Assembly: GCA_019120545.1 (NCBI GenBank)
Contig: DWUX01000197.1
Span: 16,767-80,766, forward strand
Source of the DNA: Candidatus Blautia stercoripullorum
GTDB lineage: Bacteria > Bacillota > Clostridia > Lachnospirales > Lachnospiraceae
Length of the DNA stretch: 64,000 nt
Direction: 5' to 3'
The notes under the pieces were generated by a model. It had not been told where the DNA came from, made no database searches, and saw only the letters and a list, made by a program, of their open reading frames with translations. Both the position numbers and the translations under genes were made by a program. Positions 20,531 to 30,500 of the stretch are shown in pieces (positions within the stretch are counted from its first letter, which is position 1; each line of letters opens with the position of its first letter).

Positions 20531-22555
20531 GTGAATTTGGAATTTAAGGAAATCACAGTGGAAGACAGTCCGGTGATGATGCCCTACTATAACATGCGTA
20601 GAAATAATACCTGTGACAGCGTTTTTCTGGAGAGTTTTATCTGGAAAGAATTCTATAATGTCCGTTATGCCATATGGGAGGATAAGGCTCTTCTCTGGCT
20701 GATGGAATACAATGGAAAATGTTTTTCGGCCATGCCTCTTTGCAAAGAGGAGGATCTGCCTGAGGCTTTCCAGGCTATCCAGCAGTATTTTAATGAAGAA
20801 CTGGGGTATCCTCTGGTGATCAACCTGGCGGATGAATATGCGGTAAAATACCTGGATCTGCCCGAAGATAAATATTTTATAAAAGAGCAGGAAGATTCCA
20901 GGGATTATCTTTATCTGGGGGAATCCCTCCGAAAACTTTCCGGGAAAAAACTTCACAAAAAAAAGAACAGACTGAATTTGTTTCTCCGTCAGTATGAAGG
21001 AAGATTTGAATACAGGACCCTGGGCTGTGATGATAAAGACGATATGTGGAAGTTCCTGGACCGCTGGAGGATCCAGAAAGGTGAAGACCAGGAGGAGCAT
21101 TTAGATTATGAAGTACGGGGTATCCATGATATCCTGAGGAACTGCTGCGAGCTGAATATCCATATGGGAGGCATTTATGTGGACGGCCGCCTGGAAGCCT
21201 TTTCTGTAGGAAGCTATAATAAGATCGAGGATATGGCTGTAATCCATATTGAAAAGGCAAATCCGGAAATCCCCGGTCTTTACCAAGCCATTAATCAGAT
21301 GTTCCTGCTTCATGAATTTCCAGATGTCCAGTGGGTAAACCGTGAGGATGATATGGGGCTGGAAGGTCTGAGAAAGGCAAAAATGTCTTATAATCCCGCG
21401 GAATTTGCCAGAAAATATCTGGTAGAGCAGCTTCAGGACGGACAGAAGCCCTATAAATGGGCGGAAGAGATTGAAAATACTGCATCAGAGAATATGCCGG
21501 AATACCTTTCTTCGGAGGAAAAAAAGGAGACTATCTCTCTATGGAAATCCTGTTTCCCGGAGGATACAGACCGGTATCTGGAATATTATTATCGGGAAAA
21601 GACAAAGGACAACCGGATTCTGGCAAAGAAAGAGGATGGAAAGATTATCTCCATGCTTCACAGAAATCCCTATAAGGTCCATATGAGGGAAAAATTGTGG
21701 GATGTAGATTATATTGTTGCAGTTGCTACGGAAAAAAACCACAGAGGCAGGGGGCATATGAGAGAAGTACTGATAAAGGCCCTTCGGGATATGAATCTGG
21801 AAGGCAGGCCTTTCACCTTTCTCATGCCTGCAGCGGAAGCTATCTACCGGCCTTTTGATTTCCGGTTTATCTGGAGGAAGCCTTTGCTGATCCTGAAACA
21901 GGGAGAACCGGAAGGAATGAAAAAAATTCCGGTATCGGAAGATGACGCAGACTGCCAAAAGGCAGCAGAACTTATGGAAAAATGGTTGGCAGAACACAGT
22001 CAGGTCTATACCTGCCGGGATAATTCATATGTCCGCCGTCTTTCCAGAGAACTGGCCAGCGAAGACGGAGAATTGTATTTTCTGAGAGGAAACCAGGGAG
22101 AAGATCTGGGTCTTCTGGGACTTACAGGAAAAGATAAGAAAAATCAGGTGCTTCTTTACACGGAAGAAAGATTATACGAAGAAAAAGAAGGAAAAACAGG
22201 CATCATGGCAAGGATCACAGCTCTTGGGGAATTCCTCACAGCTTTTTCTCTGTATGCTCCCGGAAGCCTCACGCTGAACCTGGAAGTGGAGGACAAGCTG
22301 ATTCCGGAAAATGAAGGAAGCTATCTCTGGACTCTGGATGAACAGGGCAGCAGCCTGGAAAGTACTCAGCCCTCTTGGGAACTACAGGCAGCCCAGAGGA
22401 TCTGGACTTTGAAAACGGACATCGGAGATCTGGCCTCTTGGCTTTTTGGCTGTAAAAAACCGGAAGATATATGGCCCGATATACCGGGAGAACTGAAAAA
22501 AGAACTGGAAAAGATACAGACAGTACAGAAAATCTGGCTGGATGAGATTGTTTAG
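20531..22555 (+). CDS. DUF2156 (LPG synthase C-like GNAT) domain fused to an Eis-like acetyltransferase with SCP2-like tail
   Basis: N-half has DYLY...LSGKKLHKKKN, HIEKA and NREDDMGLEGLRKAKMSY. C-half has VAT...HRGRGHM, FLMPA...IYRPFDF and a C-terminal DNEG...WLDEIV-type end. Confidence 0.82.
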   Translation: MNLEFKEITVEDSPVMMPYYNMRRNNTCDSVFLESFIWKEFYNVRYAIWEDKALLWLMEYNGKCFSAMPLCKEEDLPEAFQAIQQYFNEELGYPLVINLADEYAVKYLDLPEDKYFIKEQEDSRDYLYLGESLRKLSGKKLHKKKNRLNLFLRQYEGRFEYRTLGCDDKDDMWKFLDRWRIQKGEDQEEHLDYEVRGIHDILRNCCELNIHMGGIYVDGRLEAFSVGSYNKIEDMAVIHIEKANPEIPGLYQAINQMFLLHEFPDVQWVNREDDMGLEGLRKAKMSYNPAEFARKYLVEQLQDGQKPYKWAEEIENTASENMPEYLSSEEKKETISLWKSCFPEDTDRYLEYYYREKTKDNRILAKKEDGKIISMLHRNPYKVHMREKLWDVDYIVAVATEKNHRGRGHMREVLIKALRDMNLEGRPFTFLMPAAEAIYRPFDFRFIWRKPLLILKQGEPEGMKKIPVSEDDADCQKAAELMEKWLAEHSQVYTCRDNSYVRRLSRELASEDGELYFLRGNQGEDLGLLGLTGKDKKNQVLLYTEERLYEEKEGKTGIMARITALGEFLTAFSLYAPGSLTLNLEVEDKLIPENEGSYLWTLDEQGSSLESTQPSWELQAAQRIWTLKTDIGDLASWLFGCKKPEDIWPDIPGELKKELEKIQTVQKIWLDEIV

Positions 22556-22643
22556 ATCTTCTTAAAGAATACGTTAAAGCGGAGTGGGAACCGGACAGGG
22601 TTTTTACTCCGCTTTTTCTGATAAAATCTTATAAAAGCATTTC

Positions 22644-23225
22644 TTATTCATTCAGTACTCCCCAGAAAAAACAGCGCATTTGTTTCAGCATGGCTTCTTC
22701 CAGATCATAGTTTCCATTATAGATACACCAGTCATAACAGGTTCCTCTTAATACGATAAACAGATCTTTAACTAAAGAAAGAGGATCCGTACCCTTTGGA
22801 AGCTGTCCCTGATCCATGGCGGACAGAAAGATTTTTAAAAGCGTTTTCTGCATGGGACGGTTTTTGGAGAACCATACATTTTCCGGATTAAACAGGACTT
22901 TCATAGTATCCAGACCGGTTTCTATGTTCAGCCGGGCATAGGCTTTTACGAAAAGTTCCAGCTGCTCTTTAAAACTTCTGTCTTCCAGAAGAGCAGGAAA
23001 TTCCGAAGAAAAATACTGGTCAGGCTTTGCATAAATATCCCGGAGAAGGTCGGATTTAGAATGAAAATAAGAATAAAAGGAAGAGGGGGCGATCCCGACT
23101 TTTTGACAAATATCCCGGATGGTAGTACCCTGATATCCCTTTGTTTTCATAATAAAAAGAGCAGCTGTTAAAATTTTTTGCCGCGTTCCGCCGGCTTCTT
23201 TTTTCTTTACCGCTGAAGGACTCAT
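22644..23225 (-). CDS. TetR/AcrR family regulator
   Basis: TRQKILTAA...GYQGTTIRDICQKVGIAPSSFYSYFHSK HTH. Confidence 0.93.
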   Translation of the reverse strand: MSPSAVKKKEAGGTRQKILTAALFIMKTKGYQGTTIRDICQKVGIAPSSFYSYFHSKSDLLRDIYAKPDQYFSSEFPALLEDRSFKEQLELFVKAYARLNIETGLDTMKVLFNPENVWFSKNRPMQKTLLKIFLSAMDQGQLPKGTDPLSLVKDLFIVLRGTCYDWCIYNGNYDLEEAMLKQMRCFFWGVLNE

Positions 23226-23481
23226 TTTGTCTGCCTCCTTTGTTTGAATGTAGATTGCAAATATATTACTTAGTCTTAATCTTAGTTTGTACTAACATGA
23301 TAGAATATAACGAATAAAAATTAAATGTGAAATATAAACAAAAAAATGAAATGAAAATAGTTAAATATATAAAAAACAACTGTGAAATAAACGGAAGAAA
23401 TTGACATTTTGGTATATTCTTGCTAAACTTAATAAAACCGAATGTGTTCGGAAATTACAATTTCATATGGGAGGTGCAGTG

Positions 23482-24882
23482 ATGAGTGGTAACACGCAGC
23501 AGAAAAAAGAAGCTCCGAAAAAGAAAGGGTTAACAAATACCCTGAAGTATTTTTTTGGTGTGGGCGACGCGGGATTTGTTTTAATGAGTAACATTGAAAC
23601 ATTCTATTTTATGACATTCCTTACTGATCTGGCAGGTTTCGGCTCGGCTATCGCAGGTATCATCAACTCGATTTTTACTACGGTAGACGCCTGTCTTTCC
23701 TGGCTTTACGGAGGAATTATCAACGGAACCAAGGCGAAAAAATGGGGACGCTACAGATCCTGGCTGATCCTGCTGCCCTGGGCAGTGCCGTTTTTGTATG
23801 CATTTATGTTTATCAGGGTCAGTGATAACGAGATCCTGTCGGCTGTGATCATTATCGCCGCCTCTATTGCGTCTCATGTAGTATGGAACTTTTCCTATGT
23901 AGCCAACGCCACACTGGTCAGCGTGGTAGGAAAGACTCCGGAGGACAAGGCAGTATTGTCTTCTTCAAGAGCTACCTGGAACAATATCGGCGGACTCCTT
24001 TTTTCTTATCTGGGACTGCCTTTCGCTACTTTGCTGGCAGGATTTGTAGGAGAAAGAAATCAGTTTGCAGCGGCGGCATTCTGCCTGGGCTGGCTGATGG
24101 TGGCAGGATACTTTGCCCATTTTAAAATGACAGAAGGCTATGAAGAAGTAGAAACTGAGACTGTGAAAAAGGGAAAAGACAAGTCTAAGATCACCATAAG
24201 GGAAATGTTTGCTTCCCTGTTTAAAAATCCTCAGCTGATGATCCTGATGCTGGCCGATCTGGCGAAATGGTGCGTGAAGTTTGTAACGGCAGCGGCGGCT
24301 ATCTATTATTTCCGGGATGCGGCAGGCAATGCGGGACTGATGACCATGTATACTCTGCTGATTTCTCTGGGAGCTATCGTGGGCGCTTTCTGCATGAGAT
24401 ATCTGGCGAAACAGTTATCTTCCAGAACTACTATGATCCTGTCCTATATAGGAATGGCAGTATTCCTTTTCCTCATATTTGTCTTTTATCAGAACCCTTA
24501 TGTGGTCATAATTCTGATGACCATTGCCCAGTTCTTTTACGGGATTGCTTTTGCCTCTTCGCCGGCTCTATATGCGGATACCATTGTATACTCTACCTGG
24601 AAGACCGGAAAGGACGCGTCGGGCTGGATCATGGGACTGCAGAATCTGCCTCTGAAGATTGGCGTTTTCCTGAGAGGCGTTATCTTAAGCGCCTGTCTGG
24701 TCGCTGTAGGCTGGCAGTCAGGAGTTGTTTTGGAAGGCAGCGCAAGACAGGGTATGACCATTGCTTTCGCATTGGTTCCTGCGATTTTATGTGCAGCGGG
24801 TGCTGTGCTTCTGATCTTTGGTTTTAAGATCACAAAAGAAAAAGTTGAACAATATCAGGCGGAAATCGACGCCAGAGCATAA
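23482..24882 (+). CDS. GPH (MelB-like) MFS sugar/glycoside:cation symporter
   Basis: GGAGGT RBS before ATG 23482. GKWGRYRSW-type motif (KKWGRYRSW), and ADTIVYSTWKTG; 12 TM. Confidence 0.85.
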   Translation: MSGNTQQKKEAPKKKGLTNTLKYFFGVGDAGFVLMSNIETFYFMTFLTDLAGFGSAIAGIINSIFTTVDACLSWLYGGIINGTKAKKWGRYRSWLILLPWAVPFLYAFMFIRVSDNEILSAVIIIAASIASHVVWNFSYVANATLVSVVGKTPEDKAVLSSSRATWNNIGGLLFSYLGLPFATLLAGFVGERNQFAAAAFCLGWLMVAGYFAHFKMTEGYEEVETETVKKGKDKSKITIREMFASLFKNPQLMILMLADLAKWCVKFVTAAAAIYYFRDAAGNAGLMTMYTLLISLGAIVGAFCMRYLAKQLSSRTTMILSYIGMAVFLFLIFVFYQNPYVVIILMTIAQFFYGIAFASSPALYADTIVYSTWKTGKDASGWIMGLQNLPLKIGVFLRGVILSACLVAVGWQSGVVLEGSARQGMTIAFALVPAILCAAGAVLLIFGFKITKEKVEQYQAEIDARA

Positions 24883-24896
24883 GGAGGATATAAGAA

Positions 24897-25913
24897 ATGT
24901 TAAGCGCAAAAGAAAATTTTCTGGAAACTATTAAGAAAGACGGAAAGCCGGACCGTCTGGTAAAACAGTTTGAGGGAACGGTATTTTTTCCTCCAAGTCC
25001 TGCTTCTACATATATCAGAGGCAATCGGCACAGAGGGATGGAGCCTTTAAAGGATCGTTTCGGAACCGAGATCCTCTGGCCGGAAAATCAGGTTGCGGCA
25101 ATGCCTCACGTAACTGCAGAGAATAAAGTGATCAAAGATATTACGGAGTGGAGAGATCAGCTGGTAATGCCGGATCTGGAAGCAAACTGTTCAGACCCGG
25201 AATTGTGGAAGCCTTTTATCGAGCAGGCGGAAGCTGCCAGAGGCGAGGACAAGCTGCTTATGGCTTTCATGCCTACAGGTGTATTTGAAAGACTTCATTT
25301 TCTTATGGGGTTTGAGGATATGCTGGTGAACTTCCTTTTAGAGCCGGAAGATATGCTGGATCTGTGCAACGCTATCGGAGAGTACCGTTTCCAGTATATG
25401 AAGCTGATCGTAGACAATTTGAAACCGGATATCATGCTGTCCCATGATGACTGGGGATCTAAAAATTCTCTTTTCATAAGCCCGGATACCTGGAGAGAGT
25501 TTATCAAGCCTCAGTATGAAAAAACTTATAAATATATGAAAGATCATGGGGTGATCGTTATGCACCATGCAGATTCCTTTATGGAGCCTATTGTAGAAGA
25601 TATGGTAGAACTGGGAGTCGATATCTGGCAGGGAACTCTTCCGGAGAATGATATTGTGAAGCTGCAGAAACAGCTGGACGGAAGGATGACTCTTATGGGC
25701 GGTATAGACGCTTCTATCGTGGACCGGGAAGATTCTACAGAAGAAGAGATCCGCAAGGAAGTACGCAGGGCCTGCACACAATATGGACCGGGAGGCCACT
25801 ATATCCCATGTATCACCTATGGAGGACCTGGCTGTCTCTATCCTCATGTAGATCCTGTCATTGACGATGAAATCAGAAAATATAATAAAGAAGTATATGG
25901 GATTGACGACTGA
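24897..25913 (+). CDS. Uroporphyrinogen decarboxylase-superfamily protein (MtbA/MtaA-like methyltransferase family)
   Basis: GVFERLHFLMGFEDML, HDDWGS, HHADS, DIWQG and LMGGID; 338 aa TIM barrel type. Confidence 0.8.
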   Translation: MLSAKENFLETIKKDGKPDRLVKQFEGTVFFPPSPASTYIRGNRHRGMEPLKDRFGTEILWPENQVAAMPHVTAENKVIKDITEWRDQLVMPDLEANCSDPELWKPFIEQAEAARGEDKLLMAFMPTGVFERLHFLMGFEDMLVNFLLEPEDMLDLCNAIGEYRFQYMKLIVDNLKPDIMLSHDDWGSKNSLFISPDTWREFIKPQYEKTYKYMKDHGVIVMHHADSFMEPIVEDMVELGVDIWQGTLPENDIVKLQKQLDGRMTLMGGIDASIVDREDSTEEEIRKEVRRACTQYGPGGHYIPCITYGGPGCLYPHVDPVIDDEIRKYNKEVYGIDD

Positions 25914-25994
25914 TTTTTTTACTTACAGCCCGGAGATGGTTTGAAAAGACCATCTCCGTTTTTTCTTTCCGTCTGTCAGAGTTTAAAAATCGGG

Positions 25995-26024
25995 TTGACG
26001 AACAGAGGGCCAGAGGTGTATAAT
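25995..26024 (+). promoter_or_regulatory. SigmaA promoter for the ABC transporter
   Basis: TTGACG-N18-TATAAT about 70 nt before ATG 26095. Confidence 0.6.
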
Positions 26025-26094
26025 AGCACCATTAAAACTTTGGCACAGTAAAGCGCAACGGTTTTTTGTGATAAAGTAACAGGGAGGAAAGAAA

Positions 26095-27117
26095 ATGAAG
26101 TTGAAAAAAATATTGGCGATTATGATGGCGGCGGCAATGGGAGTCGCAATGACGGCCTGCGGAGGAAACTCTGATTCTGGTTCAGGAGCGGACAGCGGCT
26201 CGGGAAATGAAAGTTCAGCAAACAGCGGAAAGACCTATACTATCGGTATATGTCAGCAAATGGAACACGATGCGTTGGATCAGGCAACCCAGGGATTTAT
26301 AGATGCCTGTACAGAATTGTTTGGAGAAGGAAATGTGGAATTTGATCAGCAGAACGCTCAGGGCGAGCAGGCAATGTGTTCTACTATTATTAATAATTTT
26401 GTGTCTGCAGATGTTGATCTGATCCTGGCAAACGCTACTCTGCCTTTACAGACAGCAGCTCAGGCCACAGCGGATATTCCGATTCTGGGAACATCTATTA
26501 CAGATTACGCTACAGCTCTTGGGATTGATGACTGGACAGGAGCTACGGGTATAAATGTTTCAGGAACCAGTGATCTGGCTCCCATCGATCAGCAGGAAGA
26601 TATGCTGTTAGAACTTCTTCCGGATACTCAGAAAGTAGGAATCCTTTACTGCTCAGCAGAGCCTAATTCTCAGTATCAGGCACAGCTTTTTGAAGAGGCC
26701 CTGGAAGAAGATGGAATTGAGTATGAAGAGTATACAGCGGCTGATTCTAATGAGATTCAGACAGTGGTGACCAGTGCTGTTGAATCCTGTGATGCTATTT
26801 ATGTTCCTACAGATAATACAATGGCGTCCAATACTCAGATCGTAAATAATGTATGTATGCCTGCAAAAGTTCCGGTAATCGCGGGAGAGCAGGGAATCTG
26901 CTCCGGATGCGGCATTGCTACACTGTCTATCAGCTACTACGATATCGGATATAAAGCCGGTGAGATGGCTTATCAGGTTTTGGAAGAAGGTGCGGATATT
27001 TCCACTATGGAGATCCAGACCGCTCCGAAAGTGACAAAAATGTACAATCCTACGATCTGCGAAGAATTGGGAATTACTGTTCCGGATGACTATGAGGCTA
27101 TCGAGACAGAATCATAA
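26095..27117 (+). CDS. ABC transporter substrate-binding lipoprotein (ABC_sub_bind, tryptophan/aromatic amino acid type)
   Basis: Lipobox MTAC, IGICQQMEHDALD, NAQGEQ, GTSD, PTDN and ISYYDIG. Confidence 0.85.
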   Translation: MKLKKILAIMMAAAMGVAMTACGGNSDSGSGADSGSGNESSANSGKTYTIGICQQMEHDALDQATQGFIDACTELFGEGNVEFDQQNAQGEQAMCSTIINNFVSADVDLILANATLPLQTAAQATADIPILGTSITDYATALGIDDWTGATGINVSGTSDLAPIDQQEDMLLELLPDTQKVGILYCSAEPNSQYQAQLFEEALEEDGIEYEEYTAADSNEIQTVVTSAVESCDAIYVPTDNTMASNTQIVNNVCMPAKVPVIAGEQGICSGCGIATLSISYYDIGYKAGEMAYQVLEEGADISTMEIQTAPKVTKMYNPTICEELGITVPDDYEAIETES

Positions 27118-27293
27118 AAGGTTCTTATATGCCGCAGCCGGCAGTGACAGGCAGCGGACTGTCTGAGAGCAGACAGGGAGCCGCCGCATTAAACAAAGGG
27201 TGAACGTTTAATGCGGCGGCCTCTGTTTCTGTATTGAAAATATAATGCCGGACTGATAAAGTAATAAAAATACATTGGAAAGGAATAAAGATT

Positions 27294-28238
27294 ATGACAA
27301 TGACAATGCTGATGGCACTGGATCCTATGGCTCTGGTGCGGTCTCTCCCGGGCAATGTGGCCCAGGGACTGATCTGGGGGATTATGGCTCTGGGAGTATA
27401 TATCACTTTCAGGATCCTGGACTTTGCCGATTTGACAGTAGATGGTTCACTGGCTACAGGAGGAGCCGTAGCAGTCATGCTGATACAGGGAGGCATGCAT
27501 CCGGCTTTATCTTTGATTTTTGCATTTCTGGCTGGAATGGCCGCAGGTTTTGTTACAGGATTTCTCCATACAGCGCTGGGAATCCCGGGGATTTTGGCAA
27601 GCATCCTGACCCAGATTTCCCTGTATTCTGTAAATCTTGGTATCATGGGAAAAGCTAATCAAAGTATGGGGATCGGGCAGAAAGGTCTGGTAGCTTCTGC
27701 CCGGTATGTGACAGCTGATAATAATTATATATTTTTTATCGGTCTGATCCTGGGCTGCCTTGTTCTTGTGGCTATTGTATATTGGCTTTTTGGAACAGAA
27801 CTTGGAGCATCCATCCGCGCTACAGGATGTAATCCTCAGATGGCAAGCGCTCAGGGAATCAATACAAATTTTTGTAAAGTGATCGCTTTGATGATCTCTA
27901 ATGGACTGGTAGGTCTGTGCGGAGGCGTTTATGCTCAGTATCAGGGCGCGGCAGATGTAAATGCCGGTCGTGGAGCCATTGTTATCGGTCTGGCTGCCGT
28001 AATCATCAGCGAAGTGATCTTTGGAAAGCTTTGCGCAGGAAAGAAGATTGCTTTTGCTTATACTCTGGCATCGGTGTTTGTAGGGGCTATCTTATATTAT
28101 ATAGCCTATGCTCTGGTAATGTGGCTGGGAATCGATTCTGACTACATGAAACTGTTCTCTGCAGTAGTCGTAACCTGCTTCCTGGCAGCCCCCTATCTGA
28201 AAGGAAAATATCTGATGAGAAGGAGGATGGCAAAATAA
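27294..28238 (+). CDS. ABC transporter permease
   Basis: DFADLTVDGS...GGAV, IRATGCN and GAIVIGLAAVII; polytopic. Confidence 0.9.
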   Translation: MTMTMLMALDPMALVRSLPGNVAQGLIWGIMALGVYITFRILDFADLTVDGSLATGGAVAVMLIQGGMHPALSLIFAFLAGMAAGFVTGFLHTALGIPGILASILTQISLYSVNLGIMGKANQSMGIGQKGLVASARYVTADNNYIFFIGLILGCLVLVAIVYWLFGTELGASIRATGCNPQMASAQGINTNFCKVIALMISNGLVGLCGGVYAQYQGAADVNAGRGAIVIGLAAVIISEVIFGKLCAGKKIAFAYTLASVFVGAILYYIAYALVMWLGIDSDYMKLFSAVVVTCFLAAPYLKGKYLMRRRMAK

Positions 28239-29041
28239 TGGGATACATGTTGGAAATAAATGATCTTCATAAAACCTTTAATATCGGAACGATCAATGAA
28301 AAAGTAGCTCTGGACGGAGTAAACCTGAAGCTGAATTCAGGAGATTTTGTCACGATCATCGGCGGAAACGGCGCAGGAAAATCTACAACCCTGAATGCCA
28401 TCGCCGGGGTCTGGCCCATCGATCAGGGAAAAATCATTGTAGACGGCGTAGATATCACCAGACTGTCCGAGCACAAAAGAGCGGTTTACCTTGGAAGAGT
28501 TTTTCAGGATCCAATGACCGGGACCGCTTCCACAATGTCTATTGAAGAAAATATGGCTATTGCTGCCAGGAGAGGGGAGCGCAGAGGCTTCCGCTGGAGT
28601 ATCTCCAGAAAAGAGAGAGAATTCTACAAAGAGCAGCTGAAGGAGCTGGATCTGGGCCTGGAAGAGCGTCTTACTACGAAAGTGGGCCTTCTTTCCGGAG
28701 GACAGAGACAGGCGATCACATTGCTGATGGCTTCTTTAAAAAAGCCGAAGCTCCTGCTTTTGGATGAGCATACAGCGGCTCTGGATCCCAAAACAGCCGC
28801 AAAAGTTCTGGAAATATCTGATAAGATCATCCAGGAACATAATCTGACTGCTATGATGGTTACTCATAATATGAAAGATGCGATTGTTCATGGAAACCGT
28901 CTGATCATGATGCACGAAGGAAAAGTGATCTATGATGTGGCAGGGGAAGAAAAGAAGAAACTTCATGTTTCTGACCTGCTTGCAAAATTTGAAGAAGTCA
29001 GCGGCGGTGAATTTGCAAATGACCGGATGATGCTGGCATAA
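28238..29041 (+). CDS. ABC transporter ATP-binding protein
   Basis: GGNGAGKS, LSGGQRQ, LLLLDEHTAALDP and VTH. Confidence 0.95.
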   Translation: MGYMLEINDLHKTFNIGTINEKVALDGVNLKLNSGDFVTIIGGNGAGKSTTLNAIAGVWPIDQGKIIVDGVDITRLSEHKRAVYLGRVFQDPMTGTASTMSIEENMAIAARRGERRGFRWSISRKEREFYKEQLKELDLGLEERLTTKVGLLSGGQRQAITLLMASLKKPKLLLLDEHTAALDPKTAAKVLEISDKIIQEHNLTAMMVTHNMKDAIVHGNRLIMMHEGKVIYDVAGEEKKKLHVSDLLAKFEEVSGGEFANDRMMLA

Positions 29042-29139
29042 AATAATCAGAGACCTGCTGCCTTAAAAGGATATTTTAAGCAGCAGGTTCTTATCATGTA
29101 AAGGACCAGGAAAGGTTTCGGAATCAGAGGCATGGGGAG

Positions 29140-30219
29140 ATGGATATGGAAGACCGGGAAAGACGGAAGCAGGATCGAGGGGAACGGCGAAAAGAAGCAG
29201 AAAGTCAGAGAAGGAGAATAATAGAACAGGAAAAGAAAAGGAGACGGCAGGTTGTACGGAAACAACGGGCGATTCTTGGCGGCGCAGCCGTTTTGCTTCT
29301 CCTCTTTATTTGGGGAGGCGTATCTGTCTGGATGGGAAGAAAATCGTCTGAAGAACAGCGGAAGGATGAAGCTGCTTTAGAGACTGCGGCTAAAGAGCAG
29401 GAAAAAGCAGAACGGCGGGAGAAGAAGCAGCATGCGGAAGAAGAAATGGAATCAGCCATGACTTCTCTGGAAAGCACAGTGGAAGACCTGATCTCTGATT
29501 ATGATGGAAACTGGAGTGTCTATGTGGAAGAACTGGAATATGAAAATGATTTCAGTATCAATAATCAGGGTATGTATCCTGCCAGTCTGGTCAAGATCTA
29601 TACCATGGCGGCTACCTTTGCAAACATGGAACAGGTGATCAAAAACGAAACAGATTATCTGGGCAGTGAGGAAAGTGCCAAAGCTACAGTGGCTCAGCTT
29701 CTGGAAAACATGATCGAAATTTCTGATAATGAATCGTACAATGAATTGGTGAGGCTCCAGTCGTCAGACAGAGACTTTGGAGAGGGATGCGGTTATATCA
29801 ACGCTTATCTCCAGGAAGAGGGTTATACAGGCACGGGTGTACATACTACTCTCCATCCGGCGGCCTCTAGTATGGAAAACGACGGGCTGGGAGACAATGT
29901 TACCTGTGTGGAGGACTGCGGAAAACTTTTAGAAAAAATTTACAAAGGAAGCTGCGGCTCTCAGGAGGATTCTGGTGAAATGCTCCACCTTCTTTTAAAT
30001 CAGGAAAATACTTTGAAAATCCCGGAGGGACTTCCGGAAGGCATAGAGGTAGCGCATAAGACAGGAGAAACTTCTGAGGTGCAACATGATGTGGGGATCA
30101 TATATGGTGAGAGTACAGATTTTATCCTGTGTATTATGGTGGATGAACTTACCAGCTCTGCAGATGTTTATACTCAGTATCATGAGTTGACAGAAACTGT
30201 ATATGATGCTTTAAATTAA
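29140..30219 (+). CDS. Membrane-anchored serine hydrolase (class A beta-lactamase-like / PBP fold)
   Basis: Basic N-tail plus one TM helix. SxxK (PASLVK), SDN and KTG (HKTG) motifs. Confidence 0.85.
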   Translation: MDMEDRERRKQDRGERRKEAESQRRRIIEQEKKRRRQVVRKQRAILGGAAVLLLLFIWGGVSVWMGRKSSEEQRKDEAALETAAKEQEKAERREKKQHAEEEMESAMTSLESTVEDLISDYDGNWSVYVEELEYENDFSINNQGMYPASLVKIYTMAATFANMEQVIKNETDYLGSEESAKATVAQLLENMIEISDNESYNELVRLQSSDRDFGEGCGYINAYLQEEGYTGTGVHTTLHPAASSMENDGLGDNVTCVEDCGKLLEKIYKGSCGSQEDSGEMLHLLLNQENTLKIPEGLPEGIEVAHKTGETSEVQHDVGIIYGESTDFILCIMVDELTSSADVYTQYHELTETVYDALN

Positions 30220-30365
30220 CATTACTCAACATAATAATGAACTGATGCATTAATCAAAAAAGATACAGGGCCGGATTTATCCGGCTCTTTTTCCATTCCA
30301 TTAAAAATTTGCTTTATTCAATAATAATTCCTGCCAAAGATTTGACAGAAATTATTGGGGAAAGA

Positions 30366-30394
30366 TTGACAATACTATAAAACTGTGTTATATA
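30366..30394 (+). promoter_or_regulatory. SigmaA promoter of the heme operon
   Basis: TTGACA-N17-TATATA with an extended TG. Confidence 0.7.
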
Positions 30395-30401
30395 AAAAGA
30401 T

Positions 30402-30477
30402 AGGTAGTTTAAACTAACTTTATGAACAAGAGGGTGGACTACTCTTTTTTTACCTGATGAGTTATACAAAACTAACT
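30402..30477. promoter_or_regulatory. Two candidate DtxR/MntR-family operator sites
   Basis: Near-perfect palindrome AGGTAGTTT-AAACTAACT (30402-30419) and a related AGTTATACA-AAACTAACT (30460-30477), both just downstream of the -10. Confidence 0.55.
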
Positions 30478-30500
30478 AGCTGCAGAAGAAAGGAAGAAAT

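Noticed and set aside
26040-26060. TGGCAC resembling a sigma54 -24 element (also at about 18146)
   Set aside because: No TTGC at the required 5-nt spacing, and sigmaA-type elements explain these promoters.
26025-26094. Expected Trp/Tyr T-box before the aromatic-type ABC transporter
   Set aside because: The leader is only about 70 nt, with no T-box sequence or terminator.
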